Shown: positions 32,235 to 43,966, counted from the stretch's first letter. The stretch: DNA of 64,000 nucleotides from Alphaproteobacteria bacterium (GCA_965225945.1 CBDDBZ010000022.1:32001-96000); one strand, 5' to 3'. Numbers and translations are program-made. The notes: a model not told the origin generated them from the sequence alone.

Positions 32235-33131
32235 TCAGTCGAGGGGCCGGTCATCGATCTGGAGCGGTTCGCCGGCGCGGTCGCGCATGAGCATGTCGTT
32301 CCAGTCCAGGCCGTCGAGGGCAGGGCGCAGGCGGACGACCCTGCTGTCGTTTCGGATGAGCCGTGCCGCGGCGTCATCGCCCTGGCGGGTGGCGTCGTAG
32401 GCGCAGAAGATCCGGCCGGGGTTCCAGGCCTCGATCCATTCGGGGAGGCTTGCGGTGGCGCCGCCGGTTGAGACCACGGCGCATCCCTTGCGCCCGGCCG
32501 GGACGAGGTGGAGGGAGAGGACCGACAGGGCGTCGATTGCGTTCTTGGCGAGGATGACGGAGTTCGGCCAGTCGGGTTCCCACGACATCCAGAAGCCGCC
32601 GCGCGCGGCGGCGCCGGTCGGCGCGAGGCGGCGTGGCGCCGCGGCAGGGACGATCTCGGCGCCGAGAGCCTCGCCGGCCGCGTTTCGGCGGACGAACACG
32701 GCGTTGCCGTGGCGGTCGGCGTAGAGCAAGCCGAGGTCGCGGCACAGGGCGACGAGCACATCCGCGAGGCCGCGCTGCTCGACGAGGTAGCTCTGGATGG
32801 CGGGCCAGTGGCGGTCCGGGCACGGCGGCTTCGGGTGGCGATCGGCCGGGAACCGGTCACGGCACGGCAGTTTCGAGAAGAAGCCGAGGGCCTCGGGCAC
32901 GGTGCACCGGCAGGCATGGATTACCAGGTCGATCGCTCCGCCCCCGCCCTCGCCGCGCAGATGTTCGTAGAACATAAAGCCGTTGATGCTGACGACGGAT
33001 CCGGGACGCCTCCAGCGCGCGGCATCGGTGGGATCGCGGCGGTAGCCGAGGCGGCGGACGACGTCTTCGAGGGGATAGCCTCGCAGGGCCTCGGCCCGCA
33101 CCCGCCGGTCCCAGAGGCGGGGACCATCCAT
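32235..33131 (-). CDS. DUF3991/TOPRIM-like passenger protein, copy 2
   Basis: Two amino-acid differences from 2657-3553. Confidence 0.78.
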   Translation of the reverse strand: MDGPRLWDRRVRAEALRGYPLEDVVRRLGYRRDPTDAARWRRPGSVVSINGFMFYEHLRGEGGGGAIDLVIHACRCTVPEALGFFSKLPCRDRFPADRHPKPPCPDRHWPAIQSYLVEQRGLADVLVALCRDLGLLYADRHGNAVFVRRNAAGEALGAEIVPAAAPRRLAPTGAAARGGFWMSWEPDWPNSVILAKNAIDALSVLSLHLVPAGRKGCAVVSTGGATASLPEWIEAWNPGRIFCAYDATRQGDDAAARLIRNDSRVVRLRPALDGLDWNDMLMRDRAGEPLQIDDRPLD

Positions 33132-33133
33132 GG

Positions 33134-33922
33134 CTACGCCGGCGGCGGTTCCCCGCGGTCCTGCGCGCCGGCCTTGCCGGCTCGCCGCCGGCGGCGGGCG
33201 GCGCGGCGCTGCTTCTGGCGTTCCTCGGCCTCCTTGCGGCGCCAGGACTCGGCGTCGATGGCGATGATCTCGGCGTTGTGGACGAGGCGGTCGACCAGGG
33301 CGACGAGGCAGGCGGCGTTGGGGAAGGCCTCACCCCACTCGGCGAAGGGCCGGTTGGTGGTGATTATGGTGGAGTTCTGCTGGCTGCGGCTGGAGACGAT
33401 GTTGAACAGCAGATCGGCATGGCGGTTGCTGTAGGACAGGTATCCGACCTCGTCGATCACCAGCAGGTGCTGGCGGGCGTAGAAGCGCAGCCTGCGCTGA
33501 AGCAGGGTGTCGCTGTCGAGGGCGGCGAGCTCGCCGAGCATGCTGGCCGCGGTGGCGAAGCGCACGGTGTGGCCCTCGAGGACGGCGCGGTGGGCGATAT
33601 TGGCGGCGATGGTCGACTTGCCGACGCCGTTTGGGCCGACCAGGACGACGTTGGCGGCCTCGTTGAGGAACTCGAGGCTCATGAGATCCTCGACGGCCAT
33701 GCGGTCGCAGCGGCGCGGCCATGCCCAGTCGAAGTCGGCGAGCGGCTTGAACTGTCCGAGGCGGGCGTCGGCGAGGCGGCGCTTGAGGCTGCGGCTTCGC
33801 CGTTCCTCCTCTTCCCAGGCGACCAGCGCAGCGGGCCAGTCATGCCCGGCGACCTCGCCCCAGTGGGCGGCGAGGCCGTGCAGGCCGAGCGCCCGGGCAC
33901 GGCCCATGAGGGTATCGTTCAT
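33134..33922 (-). CDS. istB: IS21 helper ATPase IstB, copy 2
   Basis: Same motifs as copy 1. Confidence 0.95.
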   Translation of the reverse strand: MNDTLMGRARALGLHGLAAHWGEVAGHDWPAALVAWEEEERRSRSLKRRLADARLGQFKPLADFDWAWPRRCDRMAVEDLMSLEFLNEAANVVLVGPNGVGKSTIAANIAHRAVLEGHTVRFATAASMLGELAALDSDTLLQRRLRFYARQHLLVIDEVGYLSYSNRHADLLFNIVSSRSQQNSTIITTNRPFAEWGEAFPNAACLVALVDRLVHNAEIIAIDAESWRRKEAEERQKQRRAARRRRRAGKAGAQDRGEPPPA

Positions 33923-35424
33923 TGCTCGCTGTCCTCCTCGGGTTCGCCGGCCAGCCCGTCGTATCCGACGAGGTCGTGATCGCGGACAGTGATGTCGCGC
34001 ACTCTCGGATCGCCGGGCAGTTCGACGGGGATGGGCGGGGGTTGGTGCCGCAGCTCGCGCCGCCGGGTCAGGCTCAGGCGCACGGCGTTGGGATGGGGAA
34101 CGTCCCGCTTCAGGGCCTCGTCGATGGCCGCCTCGAGCTCGGCGGCGCCGTAGGCGTCGAGGAGGCGCAACAGGGCGGCGACGGTGGCGCCTATATAGCC
34201 GCCGCGCTGGGCGGCCTCGGCGAGCAGGCGCTCGCTGTTGGGCGCGGCCTGGACCAGCCGGTCCTGGCCGCGAAGGCGGCGGGCATGGCTCTTGCGCCTG
34301 ACCAGCTCGGCGATGTGCTCGGGGTTCTCGATGCGGGCCGCCTTGTCGAAGCTGCGCGGATGGCTGGCGATGACGTCCACACCGTCGAGGATGCGCACCT
34401 CGTCGAGCGTCGCGACCACGACGAGGGTGCGCCGCACATGGGTGTGCGGCACGCTGTAATCGTTGAGATCGAAGCGGGCGTAGGGGGTCTTGCCGATGGC
34501 GACCTCGACCCGGTCGTGGTCGGGGAAGGGATCGCCGGGCAGCGCGATGAGAGAGCCGCGTTCCCGCTCGAAGGCCTCGCGCACGGTGATCGAGCGGTCT
34601 TCGGGCCAGGGGCGGTCGGCGGCGATGCCGTGGCACCAGGCCAGGGCCTGGGCGTTGAGATCGTCGATATCGCGCCACCGGCGGGCGGCGAAGAAGCTGG
34701 TCCGGACATAGCGAATCGCCCGCTCCACGCGCCCCTTCTCGTTGCCGCGCGCGACCGCGACGGGCTTGGGCAGGAAGTGGTAGTGGCCGGCGAGGTCGAG
34801 GATCCGGGGATTGAACCGGATGGCGGCGCCGCGGCGCTCCAGCACGACGCTCTTCAGGTTGTCGTACCAGAGCTCGCGGGGCACGCCCTGCCACGCCTCG
34901 AAGGCTTCGACATGGCCGCGCAGGAAGTTGCTCATCCCGGCGTCGAGGTAGAAGCGCAGGAAGATCCGCCGCGAGTAGCTGAGAACCATCACGAAGCCCA
35001 TCAGGCGGCGCTCCGCGCGGCCGATCGTCACCTTGCCGAAGTGTCCCCAGTCGACCTGGGCCTGCTCGCCGGGAAGGGTCTTGAGGCGCAGATAGGCCTC
35101 GGCCACGGGCCTGGGCCTGAAGTGGCTGAGCAGATGACGGAAGTGGTCGCCGCCGCCCGGATAGCCGCGTTCGCGCACCATCTGGTAGAGCCGGCTGGCG
35201 GGCAGCGTCGGCCAGGATGCCAGCGTCTCGGCGATGAACGGCACGTATGGATCGATCATCGACGGCCTGGGCGACCTCGCGTCCCGGGGCTCGCCGGCCG
35301 CGGTGAGGAGGCGCTCGACGGTGTAGCGATGCACGCCGAGCTGGCGTGTGATCGTGCCGACCGTCCACTTCTCGACGTGATACAGGCGCAGGATCTCCGC
35401 GCGGGTCTCCTTGTCGATGGTCAT
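33919..35424 (-). CDS. istA: IS21 transposase IstA, copy 2
   Basis: Protein matches copy 1. Confidence 0.95.
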   Translation of the reverse strand: MTIDKETRAEILRLYHVEKWTVGTITRQLGVHRYTVERLLTAAGEPRDARSPRPSMIDPYVPFIAETLASWPTLPASRLYQMVRERGYPGGGDHFRHLLSHFRPRPVAEAYLRLKTLPGEQAQVDWGHFGKVTIGRAERRLMGFVMVLSYSRRIFLRFYLDAGMSNFLRGHVEAFEAWQGVPRELWYDNLKSVVLERRGAAIRFNPRILDLAGHYHFLPKPVAVARGNEKGRVERAIRYVRTSFFAARRWRDIDDLNAQALAWCHGIAADRPWPEDRSITVREAFERERGSLIALPGDPFPDHDRVEVAIGKTPYARFDLNDYSVPHTHVRRTLVVVATLDEVRILDGVDVIASHPRSFDKAARIENPEHIAELVRRKSHARRLRGQDRLVQAAPNSERLLAEAAQRGGYIGATVAALLRLLDAYGAAELEAAIDEALKRDVPHPNAVRLSLTRRRELRHQPPPIPVELPGDPRVRDITVRDHDLVGYDGLAGEPEEDSEQ

Positions 35425-35861
35425 CTCACCCCCTTTCCCGTCGGGCGCAGCCCCGGATAGACCGCCTGCCCGCAGAACCGGCCGCAGCGATCGCAGCGGA
35501 AGACCCTGGCGGGCCGCTCGTGCCCGAAGGGCCGTGTTCCGGGACGCCCTGCCGGCGTCCGCGCCACAACAGGACGCCGCCGCGCGGCGGTCAAAGGGTG
35601 ATGCGTCACTTCCTGCCCGCGGCGCCGATTCACCGGCGTCCGGCGCCGCCGGCGTTCGCGATAGCGCCGCTGGCGCTCAGCATGCTTGTGACGGCCCCGC
35701 CGGCTGTTCTGGTAGCGCTGCCCGGCATGGCGCTGCGATCGCCGGCGCACCCGATCGCTGCAGCTCCGTGAACAGTAGATGTTGCCGTGGTCGCAGTGCC
35801 GGCAGAGAACCACCTGTTGATGGCACGAGGCGCAGTTGAACAGGCGGGCGGTGTTCTTCAT
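35421..35861 (-). CDS. Cys-rich putative zinc-binding protein, copy 2
   Basis: Same as 5843-6283. Confidence 0.7.
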   Translation of the reverse strand: MKNTARLFNCASCHQQVVLCRHCDHGNIYCSRSCSDRVRRRSQRHAGQRYQNSRRGRHKHAERQRRYRERRRRRTPVNRRRGQEVTHHPLTAARRRPVVARTPAGRPGTRPFGHERPARVFRCDRCGRFCGQAVYPGLRPTGKGVR

Positions 35862-36332
35862 CGCGCAGCCGATGAGAACGGGGTGGACCCACGCCCAAAC
35901 CCGCACGATACTGCGCATATGGGTCGTGCCTTGCATGGCTCGGGGGGTGCGGTGCCGGTCGTTGCCAGCAAGCAAACGGGGCCGGCGCCGCATCGTTCTC
36001 AGCGGCCCGAGTGTACTCCCGCGGCTCCCCTTGTCAGGTCCGCGGAACCGCCGCCGCCAGCCAGCCAAAACAGGAATCGAGACGCCCGCCCGCGGTGGAT
36101 AAGCAGCCCGCCGCCGCCAGACTCTTGGCGGTCGCCGCGGCGGGCTACTTACCCACCGCTGCGCCGAGCCAACTCCCGCCTGCAAACCACGCAGCTACAG
36201 CGCCACGATGCCCGATGTCGCTGAAATCACCATCTAAGCGCGGTTTTTCATCGCCACCGACACGTCTTCGCCACGAGCCTCGACGAGCTCGTCCGGCTCA
36301 CCGGCGGCGTGGTCTTGGCGGCGATTTCATCA

Positions 36333-36354
36333 TAAACCCGCCGTTAACGGTTAA
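36333..36354 (+). promoter_or_regulatory. Putative CtrA-binding site
   Basis: TAAA-N7-TTAAC plus a second TTAA half-site, upstream of the Sel1 gene. Confidence 0.45.
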
Positions 36355-36420
36355 TCCGCCACACTCTCCGGGACGTCGAGAGACAGCGAGCGGCCAGCGG
36401 GCCGAGCGACGGAGGGAGAG

Positions 36421-36696
36421 ATGGCGAAGGGTCGCCGAAAAAAGAGCATCGAGGCCTGCCGGCACGACACGGAGGCCGGCACCTCGGAGGCGCAATTTCG
36501 CCTCGGGCTGATCTATTCCACCGGCTCGAGCGAGGCGCCGCTGGACTTCATCCTGGCGCACAAGTGGCTCAACCTCGCGGCCCGGAGCGGCAACGGCGAG
36601 GCCCGCGAGCTCCGGCGCGAGATCGCCGGCGACATGAGCCGCGACCAAATCGCCCGGGCGCAACGCCTCGCCCGCGAGTGGCTCCAGACCCACTGA
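36421..36696 (+). CDS. Small Sel1-like repeat protein
   Basis: AQFRLGLIYSTG..AHKWLNLAARSG..MSRDQIARAQRLAREWL. Confidence 0.88.
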   Translation: MAKGRRKKSIEACRHDTEAGTSEAQFRLGLIYSTGSSEAPLDFILAHKWLNLAARSGNGEARELRREIAGDMSRDQIARAQRLAREWLQTH

Positions 36697-36944
36697 TACC
36701 ATCCGCCATAAATGGCGATTCCCCGATCGCCCAACGGGTTATTCGTCGCCACGCGTGCGCGTGGCATGGCCCGGCCAGCCCGCTCCGGGTTTTCTCCCCT
36801 GGCCAAACCACCCGAGCGAGCCGGCCGGGCCAGGCGGTGCGCCGGGCCTCCCGCTCCTGGGTGGTTGGGCGGGGGAGCGGGAGGCCTGGCGCGCCGCGCG
36901 AGCGGCGATCAAAAATAGCTGCCGCCGGGTAGCAACCTCGAACC

Positions 36945-37865
36945 TCAGCCTCGGGTGAGGGCCCGGGCGAAGTCGCCGGCATCGAAGGGGCGGAGGTCGT
37001 CGAGCCCCTCGCCCACGCCGACGAAGTGGATCGGCAGGCCGAAGCGGGCGGCGACCGCCACCAGCACGCCGCCCCGGGCCGAGCCGTCGAGCTTGGTCAT
37101 CGCCAGGCCGGAAACGGCGGCGACGTCGCGGAACACCTCGACCTGAAGAAGCGTGTTCTGCCCCGTCGTCGCGTCCAGCACCAACAGGACGTCGTGAGGC
37201 GCGCTCTCGTCCAGCTTGGCCACGACCCGGCAGATCTTGGCGAGCTCCGCCATCAGGTCCTGCTTGTTCTGTAGCCGACCGGCGGTGTCGACCAGCAGGA
37301 CGTCGGCGTCGAGCGCGCGGGCCCGCTCCAGCGCCTCGTAGGCGACGGCGGCGGCGTCCGCGCCGACCTCGCGCGCCACCACCTCGGCGCCGACGCGGCG
37401 GCCCCAGATGGCGAGCTGCTCGATCGCCGCCGCGCGGAAGGTGTCGCCGGCGGCCAGCACCACCTTGCGGTCGGCCTCGATCAACGCCTTGGCCAACTTG
37501 GCGATGGTCGTGGTCTTGCCGGTGCCGTTGACGCCGACCACGAGGATGACGTGGGGCCGATGGCCCGGGTCTATGAGCAAGGGCACCGCCACCGGCTCCA
37601 GGATCTCCTCGACCACGCCGGCCAGCGCCTCGCGCACGTCCTCGTCGGTGACGTGCCGGTCGAACTTCTCGGCCTCGAGGCGCGCCGTCACCTCGGCGGC
37701 CACCACCGGGCCCAGGTCGGCGGCGATCAGCAGCTCCTCCAGCTCGTCGAGCGCGTCGCGATCCAAGCGCCGGCGGGCGACGGCGCCGGAGATCTGCTGG
37801 CCGAGACGACCGGCGCTGCGGCCCAAACCGGCCGTCAGGCGGCCGAGCCAACCGCCCTCGCTCAC
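36945..37865 (-). CDS. ftsY: SRP receptor
   Basis: GVNGTGKTTTIAKLA, DTFRAAA, DTAGRL, TKLDGSARGG. Confidence 0.96.
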   Translation of the reverse strand: MSEGGWLGRLTAGLGRSAGRLGQQISGAVARRRLDRDALDELEELLIAADLGPVVAAEVTARLEAEKFDRHVTDEDVREALAGVVEEILEPVAVPLLIDPGHRPHVILVVGVNGTGKTTTIAKLAKALIEADRKVVLAAGDTFRAAAIEQLAIWGRRVGAEVVAREVGADAAAVAYEALERARALDADVLLVDTAGRLQNKQDLMAELAKICRVVAKLDESAPHDVLLVLDATTGQNTLLQVEVFRDVAAVSGLAMTKLDGSARGGVLVAVAARFGLPIHFVGVGEGLDDLRPFDAGDFARALTRG

Positions 37866-39130
37866 GCCGCCGGCACTCCGAGCAGCCGTTCGCCGTCGCT
37901 GGCCAGCAGGCGCACTCTCGCCAGCGCGCCCGGCCTTTGCTCGCTCGTTTCCCCCCTCGTTTTCCCTGGGGGCAGGTCGACGAGGTCGAAATGCTCCGAG
38001 CGGCCGGTGGTGGGCGTCTCCATCACCAGTTGGGCCATCGTGCCCACGCGCGCGTCGAGATGGCGCGCTCGGGCCACCCGGCCGGCGGCGCGAAGCCGGC
38101 CTGCGCGCTCGCGCCGGATCGCCTTGGCCACCGCCGGCATCCGCGCGGCCGGCGTCCCGGCACGTTCCGAATAGGCGAAGACATGGAGGTGGGCGAGGCC
38201 CGCCTCGTCGATGAAGTCGAGGGTTCGCCGAAACGCCGCCTCGTCCTCGGTCGGGAAGCCGGCGATCAGGTCGGCGCCCAGCGCGATGTCGGGGCGGAGC
38301 GCGCGCAAGCGCCGGCAGAGTGCGAGCGCCTGGTCCCGTCCGTGGCGCCGCTTCATCCGCTTCAAGATCAGGTCGTCACCGGCTTGCAGGCTGAGATGCA
38401 GATGCGGCATCAGCCGGGGCTCCTCGGCCACCAAGCGCAACAGGTCGTCGTCGAGCGCGGCCGGATCGATCGAGCTCAGCCGGAGGCGCGCCAGGCCGGG
38501 CACCGCCGCCAGCAGGCGCCGCGCCATCCGGCCGAGGCGCGGCCGGCCCGCCAGATCGGCGCCATAGGAGGTCATGTCGACGCCGGTCAGCACGATCTCG
38601 TTATAGCCCCGCGCGACCAGCGCGCTGGCCTGCTCGACCACGGCTGCGAGCGGCACGCTCCGGCTCGGGCCGCGGGCAAAGGGGATGATGCAGAAGGTGC
38701 AGCGATGGTCGCAGCCTTGCTGGACCTGCACGAAGGCCCGCGCGCGGCCGTCGAAGCCCTCGATCAAATGGCCGGCGACGTCGGCTGCCTCCATGATGTC
38801 GTTGACCCGGACCCGAGCCTCGTCGTCGGGCCTGAAATTGATCGCCTCCAGCTTCTCGGCGTTGCCGAGGACGCGATCGACCTCGGCCATGGCGGCGAAG
38901 CGCTCCGGCTCCAGTTGCGCGGCGCAGCCGGTGACGATCAGGCGCGCGCCCGGCCGCTCGCGGCGCGCCCGGCGAACGGCCTGGCCGGATCGGCGAACCG
39001 CCTCGGCCGTCACCGCGCAGGTGTTGACGATCACCGCATCGGCGAGGCCGGCGCGCGCCGCCTGCTGGCGGATCAGCTCGCTCTCGAAGGCGTTGAGGCG
39101 GCAGCCGAGGGTGACGACGTCCAGGCTCAT
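37862..39130 (-). CDS. mtaB: tRNA t6A37 methylthiotransferase
   Basis: [26 protein letters not shown] radical SAM motif. Confidence 0.94.
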   Translation of the reverse strand: MSLDVVTLGCRLNAFESELIRQQAARAGLADAVIVNTCAVTAEAVRRSGQAVRRARRERPGARLIVTGCAAQLEPERFAAMAEVDRVLGNAEKLEAINFRPDDEARVRVNDIMEAADVAGHLIEGFDGRARAFVQVQQGCDHRCTFCIIPFARGPSRSVPLAAVVEQASALVARGYNEIVLTGVDMTSYGADLAGRPRLGRMARRLLAAVPGLARLRLSSIDPAALDDDLLRLVAEEPRLMPHLHLSLQAGDDLILKRMKRRHGRDQALALCRRLRALRPDIALGADLIAGFPTEDEAAFRRTLDFIDEAGLAHLHVFAYSERAGTPAARMPAVAKAIRRERAGRLRAAGRVARARHLDARVGTMAQLVMETPTTGRSEHFDLVDLPPGKTRGETSEQRPGALARVRLLASDGERLLGVPAA

Positions 39131-39993
39131 GCCGCCCGCTCCGCCGCCGGACCGAGGAGGCTCGCGTCCACCACGCCGGTGAAACTGGTCGCCACCGGCC
39201 CGGTCATCACCACCTGGCCGTCGCTCATCCGCCAGGCGACCCCGAGCTCGCCGCCGTCGACCTCCACGGTGAGCTCGCGCTCGACAAGTTCGCGACGGAT
39301 CGCCGCCACGGCGGCGGCGCAGGCGCCGGAGCCACAGGCCCGGGTCAGGCCGGCGCCGCGCTCCCACACCCTGAGGCGTAGGTGTCGACGGTCGCGGACC
39401 TGGGCGACGGAGATGTTGGCGCGCTCGGGAAACAGCGGATCGCTCTCCAAAATTGGACCGACGGTGGCGAGATCGATCGCGCGCACGTCGTCGACGAAGA
39501 AAACGGCGTGCGGGTTGCCGATCGAAAGGGCGACCGGATCGGCCAGCACCGGCTGGTTGGCCTGGCGAAGCGATAGCTCCAGGTGGAGCGTGTCCATCTC
39601 GCGCGCCAGCGGCACGTCGGTCCACGCGAGGCCGGGCACGCCCATGGCGACGGAGATGGCGCCGGCCCCCGCCGCCCGGGCCACGAGAATGCCCGCCAGG
39701 GTCTCGATCCGGATCTCGTCCCGCCCGAGATCGGCCATCACCAGGGCCGCGACGCAGCGCGCGCCGTTGCCGCAGGCCTCGACCTCGCCGCCGTCGCTGT
39801 TGCGGATCCGCATGAAGACGTCGGCTTCGCCCGACGGCTCGACCACGATGAGCTGGTCGCAGCCGACGCCGGTCCGCCGGTCGGCGATTCGGCGCGCGGC
39901 CTCGGCGTCCGGCGCGAACGGCCGCTCGCGCGCGTCGACGACGATGAAATCGTTGCCGAGTCCGTGCATCTTGATGAAGCTACGTGGGCTCAT
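39127..39993 (-). CDS. dapF: Diaminopimelate epimerase
   Basis: [36 protein letters not shown]. Confidence 0.97.
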   Translation of the reverse strand: MSPRSFIKMHGLGNDFIVVDARERPFAPDAEAARRIADRRTGVGCDQLIVVEPSGEADVFMRIRNSDGGEVEACGNGARCVAALVMADLGRDEIRIETLAGILVARAAGAGAISVAMGVPGLAWTDVPLAREMDTLHLELSLRQANQPVLADPVALSIGNPHAVFFVDDVRAIDLATVGPILESDPLFPERANISVAQVRDRRHLRLRVWERGAGLTRACGSGACAAAVAAIRRELVERELTVEVDGGELGVAWRMSDGQVVMTGPVATSFTGVVDASLLGPAAERAA

Positions 39994-40307
39994 GGGCAGG
40001 GGATATACGCGTAATGGAGCGCCGAATCCAGGCCCCGTCGCCGGAAGATCTCGGAGATCGCCCGTCTCGTCGACCCGAGCCCCAAGACGACACGGCGGGA
40101 GTGGCGGGCTTTCCCATTTCCGGCATTCGGAACGGCCGCCGATATCGATGTTAAGCCTTTGTTTTTATTATGCTTTAATTGGGCCACTTTCCCATAGATG
40201 ATTGGGAATGGGAACGTTCATGACCGCATGCAAGCAGGTAGGGTAAGGTTGGCGTCGCTTCCGCGATGAACCGCGGTCCGGGCAACCCGGGAAATCTCGG
40301 GCTCCAG

Positions 40308-40334
40308 TTGACAAAATACGGATATCCCGTATTT
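40308..40334 (+). promoter_or_regulatory. -35 box with adjacent palindromic operator
   Basis: TTGACA (40308-40313) followed by AAATACGG-N5-CCGTATTT. Confidence 0.65.
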
Positions 40335-40351
40335 CATGAAAAGATATTACC

Positions 40352-40618
40352 ATGAATCAAATCAATGATCCTGATAACAAGCCACTGAGTGATGGTGAAT
40401 TACATCGGATGAAGAAAACGCCTCGGGCCAAGATCATCCGTAGGTCGTTGAAGTTGAGCCGGGAAGAATTTGCCGCTGCCTATCAAATTCCCATAGGAAC
40501 CCTTCGAGATTGGGAACAGCACCGATCGGTACCAGATAAAGTTGCGAGTTCTTATCTAAAGGTTATTGCTAGTGAGCCAGAGATTGTTCGAAAAGCGTTG
40601 GAATCTTCTGCCTCTTGA
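40352..40618 (+). CDS. Xre-family HTH protein (HigA/MqsA-like antitoxin)
   Basis: IRRSLKLSREEFAAAYQIPIGTLRDWEQHRSVPD..YLKVI. Confidence 0.85.
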   Translation: MNQINDPDNKPLSDGELHRMKKTPRAKIIRRSLKLSREEFAAAYQIPIGTLRDWEQHRSVPDKVASSYLKVIASEPEIVRKALESSAS

Positions 40619-40626
40619 CACTATGG

Positions 40627-41466
40627 CTAACCCGGCTTCCGCGCCGACAACACGCGAATATGAGCACTCAGCCGAAATTTTCCTTCGGATAGGTAAAGCG
40701 CATGGGCTTCAGCGATTTTTTCGTCCAAGGCAGATAACTCTTCCTTGCTCATATCCCGCATCGCCGAGCCAAGGTTCATGCCAACGATCGGTTGCCAAAA
40801 CGGTATGCTCGCCGGAATGCTGGGTTCGAACCTCAGATCCGTCTCCGAAGCATCACTAAATCCAGCGGCCTCGAAAATGCGTGTGAGCGAGCCTTGCTCC
40901 GCATAAGCGGCGGGATGTGCAGCTGCCTCTTCATCCAACAGGTTCAATTGCGCATTGGCGGCGTCGAGTGCCACGCTGAGCACTGTATTGTCTTTCATTA
41001 GGCCCCAAACCATCAATGCGACATGGCCACCAGGACGCAAGACCCGCAGGATTTCAGCCGCTGTTTTATCAGGCGCTTCTGAATACATGAAACCAAAGCG
41101 ACTGATGACTTGATCGAAGCTATTATCGTCAAACGGTAGCGCCTGCATGTCAGCCTGCTGAAAAGACATGTTGGCCAGGTCCTTTGCTTTCGCTCGCCGT
41201 TCTGCGACCGCCAGCATTTCCGTGGAGTAATCACTTGCTGTCACACGGCCGCTCGACCCCACGGTTTCCGCCGCAGTCAAAGACGGTTCACCGGCACCGC
41301 AAGCCAGGTCGAGTACCTTATTTCCAGCAGCGATATTGGCGGCATCAATCAATGGACGGTTAAAGCCTTCGGCTTGTGGTGCTACAGTCTCCGCCCACTT
41401 CTCCCAATCGGCTGCGAGGTCGGCCCAATAATTGTGCTGCCAGTCATAGTAATTTTGTTCGCCCAT
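40627..41466 (-). CDS. Class I SAM-dependent methyltransferase (UbiE-like), lower GC
   Basis: VLDLACGAG, ADMQALPFDDNSFD, RVLRPGG. Confidence 0.92.
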   Translation of the reverse strand: MGEQNYYDWQHNYWADLAADWEKWAETVAPQAEGFNRPLIDAANIAAGNKVLDLACGAGEPSLTAAETVGSSGRVTASDYSTEMLAVAERRAKAKDLANMSFQQADMQALPFDDNSFDQVISRFGFMYSEAPDKTAAEILRVLRPGGHVALMVWGLMKDNTVLSVALDAANAQLNLLDEEAAAHPAAYAEQGSLTRIFEAAGFSDASETDLRFEPSIPASIPFWQPIVGMNLGSAMRDMSKEELSALDEKIAEAHALYLSEGKFRLSAHIRVLSARKPG

Positions 41467-42185
41467 GTCGTCCTCCCCCGATACCAGTTAAATAGTATCA
41501 TCTTCGAGTAGAACCTAGCATATCGGCCCATCGCATTGCGCATTAGCCTCATTCGTAATTTTCTATCTGAGCTATCGCCCAATGTCAGGTTATAGCTATG
41601 AATCCCCTAACCAGCCGCGTCGCCGCAACGGGGATTGTACACCCAATTCCAGACCTCACGCTACACAGCCGTGCAAAAAAGGCGGGGAAGCGCAAGCGGC
41701 GCCACCATCTATATATCTAAAGGACGTTATGTAATATTGGCACCAGATTGACGGCATCTCGTGGCTCGAACGCCCTTGCGCGCCCACCAGCGTCCGCTGA
41801 TGGGCCGGAAACGAGGGCTCCACATTATGAGGATCGAAAAGACATGAGGATCGAAAAGACCGAGAGCCCGATACCGGCCATTGCTCGCCGACCGCCCGTC
41901 CGGGAAGGACCCGCGGACCGACTGTGGCTGCGATATCAGGTCTTCAAGTTCATGTAGCCCAACCTCAAATCAGAAACAGACCGGCCGGCATGGGAAATAG
42001 TCAACGTCCCGGGTCAAAATAAGAATTGCCGCCCCGTCCCCCGCGCGCCGACCCGCTTGACAGCTTGGGGTGCCAGTCCTAAATAGCCTGGCGTTTCGAC
42101 GCTGGCGCCGGGTCCAGCACCGGCCGTTTCCGCCTGGCCCCGCGACGATCCGCCGGCAACGTGCAAACCAGGAGCGGTATCCGCG

Positions 42186-43532
42186 ATGTTCGACAGCCTG
42201 AGCGGCCGTCTGGGCGAGGTATTCGAGCGCTTGACGAAGCGCGGCGTGCTCTCGGAGGGGGACGTCGAGGCGGCGCTCTCCGAGGTGCGCCTGGCCCTGC
42301 TGGAGGCCGATGTCGCGCTCCCCGTCGCCCGCGACTTCATCGCGAAGGTCAAGGCGCGCGCGGTGGGCCACGAGGTGCTGCGCTCGGTCACGCCCGGCCA
42401 GATGGTGATCAAGGTCGTCCACGACGAGCTGGTCGAGATGCTGGGCGCTTCGAGCGTGGAACTCGACCTGAACGCGCCGCCGCCGGTCGCGATCCTATTG
42501 ATCGGCCTGCAAGGCTCGGGCAAGACCACGACCACGGCCAAGATCGCCAAGCGCCTGGCGGAGCGCGAGCGCAAGCGGGTCCTGATGGCCTCGCTCGACA
42601 CCCGCCGCCCGGCGGCGCAGCAACAACTCGCGATCCTGGGCGAGCAGGCGGGCGTGGCGACCTTGCCGATCGTCGAGGGCCAGACGCCGGTCGCCATCGC
42701 GAAACGGGCGATGCAGGCGGCCAGGCTTCAGGGCATCGACGTGGTGCTGCTGGATAGCGCCGGGCGTCTCCATATCGACGAAGCGCTGATGGCCGAGGTG
42801 GCGGAAGTGAAGGCGGCGAGCCTGCCTCACGAAACCCTGCTGGTGGCCGACGCGCTGACCGGCCAGGACGCCGTCAACGTCGCCGACAGCTTCAACAAGC
42901 GGGTCGGCTTGAGCGGAATCGTGCTGACCCGGATCGACGGCGACGGCCGGGGCGGCGCGGCGCTTTCCATGCGCGCGGTAACCGGGTGCCCGATCAAGTT
43001 GATGGGCGTCGGCGAAAAGCTCGATGCCTTGGAAGGTTTCCACCCGGAACGGATCGCCGGCCGCATCCTCGGCATGGGCGACGTCGTCTCCCTGGTGGAG
43101 AAGGCGGCGGAGACGATCGAGGAGGAAGCGGCCGAGAAGCTCGCGGTCAAGGTCCGGAAGGGTCAATTCGACCTCGAGGACATGCTGGGCCAACTGCGCC
43201 AGATCAGCCGGATGGGCGGGCTCGAGGGCTTGATGGGGATGCTGCCGGGGATCGGTAAGGCCAAGCAGCAGCTCGCCAAGGCCAAGATCGACCCGGCGAT
43301 GATTGCCCGCCAGGAGGCGATCATCCTCTCGATGACCCCGGGCGAGCGGCACAATTCCAAGCTGATCCACGCCTCGCGCAAGCGACGGATCGCCACCGGC
43401 TCCGGCACCTCGGTGCAGGAGGTCAACAAGCTGCTGAAGCAGCACAAGCAGATGGTCTCGACCATGAAGAAGGTCAACAAACTCGGCAAGCGCGGCCTGA
43501 TGCGCCACGGCTTGCCCGGCCTCGCGCCCTGA
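42186..43532 (+). CDS. ffh: Signal recognition particle protein
   Basis: [25 protein letters not shown]-domain. Confidence 0.97.
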   Translation: MFDSLSGRLGEVFERLTKRGVLSEGDVEAALSEVRLALLEADVALPVARDFIAKVKARAVGHEVLRSVTPGQMVIKVVHDELVEMLGASSVELDLNAPPPVAILLIGLQGSGKTTTTAKIAKRLAERERKRVLMASLDTRRPAAQQQLAILGEQAGVATLPIVEGQTPVAIAKRAMQAARLQGIDVVLLDSAGRLHIDEALMAEVAEVKAASLPHETLLVADALTGQDAVNVADSFNKRVGLSGIVLTRIDGDGRGGAALSMRAVTGCPIKLMGVGEKLDALEGFHPERIAGRILGMGDVVSLVEKAAETIEEEAAEKLAVKVRKGQFDLEDMLGQLRQISRMGGLEGLMGMLPGIGKAKQQLAKAKIDPAMIARQEAIILSMTPGERHNSKLIHASRKRRIATGSGTSVQEVNKLLKQHKQMVSTMKKVNKLGKRGLMRHGLPGLAP

Positions 43533-43570
43533 GCCGGGCGCGCCGGGATAACGATAAGGACATTGACGCG

Positions 43571-43933
43571 ATGACCCTGAAGATTCGACTGGCCCGAGGC
43601 GGGGCCAAGAAGCGGCCGCACTATCGCATCGTCGTGGCGGATTCCCGCGCGCCCCGCGATGGCCGCTTCATCGAGCGCCTGGGCACCTATGATCCGGTCC
43701 TGCCGAAGGACCACGCAGACCGCGTGACGCTTCGCGAGGAACGTATCCGCTACTGGCTCAGCAAGGGCGCGCAGCCGACCGACCGGGTGGCGCGCTTCCT
43801 GGGCCAGGCGGACATCATCGCCATGCCCAAGCACCACAACCCCGAGAAGGCCAAGCCCAAGACCAAGGCGCAAGCGCGCCAGGAGGCGGCCGCCGCCGCA
43901 AGCGCGGAAGCCCAGGGCCGCGGCGCGGGCTGA
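43571..43933 (+). CDS. rpsP: 30S ribosomal protein S16
   Basis: [23 protein letters not shown]. Confidence 0.97.
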   Translation: MTLKIRLARGGAKKRPHYRIVVADSRAPRDGRFIERLGTYDPVLPKDHADRVTLREERIRYWLSKGAQPTDRVARFLGQADIIAMPKHHNPEKAKPKTKAQARQEAAAAASAEAQGRGAG

Positions 43934-43966
43934 GCCCCCCGCCTCCGATGGGCGTCGGTGTCGATC

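Larger units (their letters stand above)
32122..36262 (-). mobile_element. IS21-family element with passenger genes, copy 2 (4141 bp)
   Basis: Near-identical to 2545-6684; 5-bp TSD CGTCT (32117-32121, 36263-36267). Confidence 0.95.
31585..36335 (+). pseudogene. YbaK/EbsC aminoacyl-tRNA editing protein, interrupted by a MITE and by IS21 copy 2
   Basis: Reconstructed ..SLGCPLGAIVKSLVF..GFAIGAIAPVGH..AAAGHPRCVFATSLDELVRLTGG.. Confidence 0.9.

Noticed and set aside
36844-36888. 13-bp inverted repeat between the Sel1 gene and ftsY
   Set aside because: GC-rich stem between convergent genes with no U-tract; probably an ordinary terminator-like structure that I cannot support further
37937-40201. 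Long antisense ORFs (754 aa here; also 49961-52783, 20834-22645, 59576-61615)
   Set aside because: Shadow frames opposite well-supported genes, as expected at high GC
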